DNA of 64,000 bases, from contig CM102289.1 in NCBI GenBank assembly GCA_046563655.1, positions 6,262,001-6,326,000 of the forward strand, written 5' to 3'. Origin of the DNA: Yuukianura sp. NJ FZ-2021 (taxonomy: Eukaryota). A program made the translations under genes and the position numbers. A model generated the notes under the pieces. The model was not told where the DNA came from. It was given only the letters and a program-made list of their open reading frames with translations, and did not search any database. This document shows positions 63,546 through 64,000 of this stretch, piece by piece. Numbering within the stretch: the stretch's first letter is position 1; each line of letters opens with the position of its first letter.

Positions 63546-64000
63546 TGTAACCACCCAATGTATATGCGGGTATATTGATTTTTTCATAAAACGTTCATGG
63601 GATAATGTTTATAGCGTTTGTTTACAAGAGAAACAGTTCGGGTTCACCTTAACCGGAATCCAAATTGGGCGCAAAAAATTAACTTAGTACCATCCCACCA
63701 TACATCAAAACCGAAATTGTTTTTGCTACCGTCTGGTATTGTGGATTGAAACTTGAAGCACAATCTACCATCACCGTCACCGTCAGAAAACCGAAATTAC
63801 CTAATGTTATTTACGGAGCGTGTTGTAGAATTGTATTGTAAACTGGTTGAGTTCAGGTTTAACTACGCGAATTGTAGCAGCTGCACTGAATAGTGTAGTC
63901 TCGCTGTTACAGTGACTACGCAATGTATAGGTATATGTTAGGATGCCACTTTTTGTTAGGCTAGGTTAAATTGGCTAGTTAAGTTGCTACTAGGTATATT

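Overview
AT-rich eukaryotic DNA, gene-dense, with short GT-AG introns (mostly 60-100 bp). The gene content points to an arthropod and resembles a springtail (Collembola); the taxon is my inference. Genes in order: a very long HOIL-1/RBCK1-like RBR ligase; 2 SLC17 transporters; 2 aminoacylase-1 paralogs, each with an extra hydrophobic GPI-signal-like last exon; a chemoreceptor-like gene; a 77-aa Cys-rich/PQY-rich microprotein; 3 tandem UGTs; a second chemoreceptor-like gene; a tRNA-derived SINE-like element; a ricin-B lectin gene whose intron holds a pogo/mariner-like TIR element; a ricin-B plus charged-helix paralog; a takeout/JHBP gene; an AKAP7-like 2H-phosphoesterase; a secreted 8-Cys peptide; a Sushi-serine protease fused to an LRR-like tail; 4 truncated SMYD/msta-like genes; a WSCD-like sulfotransferase with a pseudogene copy; a 2OG-Fe(II) oxygenase; and a 19-bp CRE-containing minisatellite. 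Perfect AGGTCA-T-TGACCT (EcRE-type) palindromes recur unusually often. Gene models were spliced by eye and no database searches were run.
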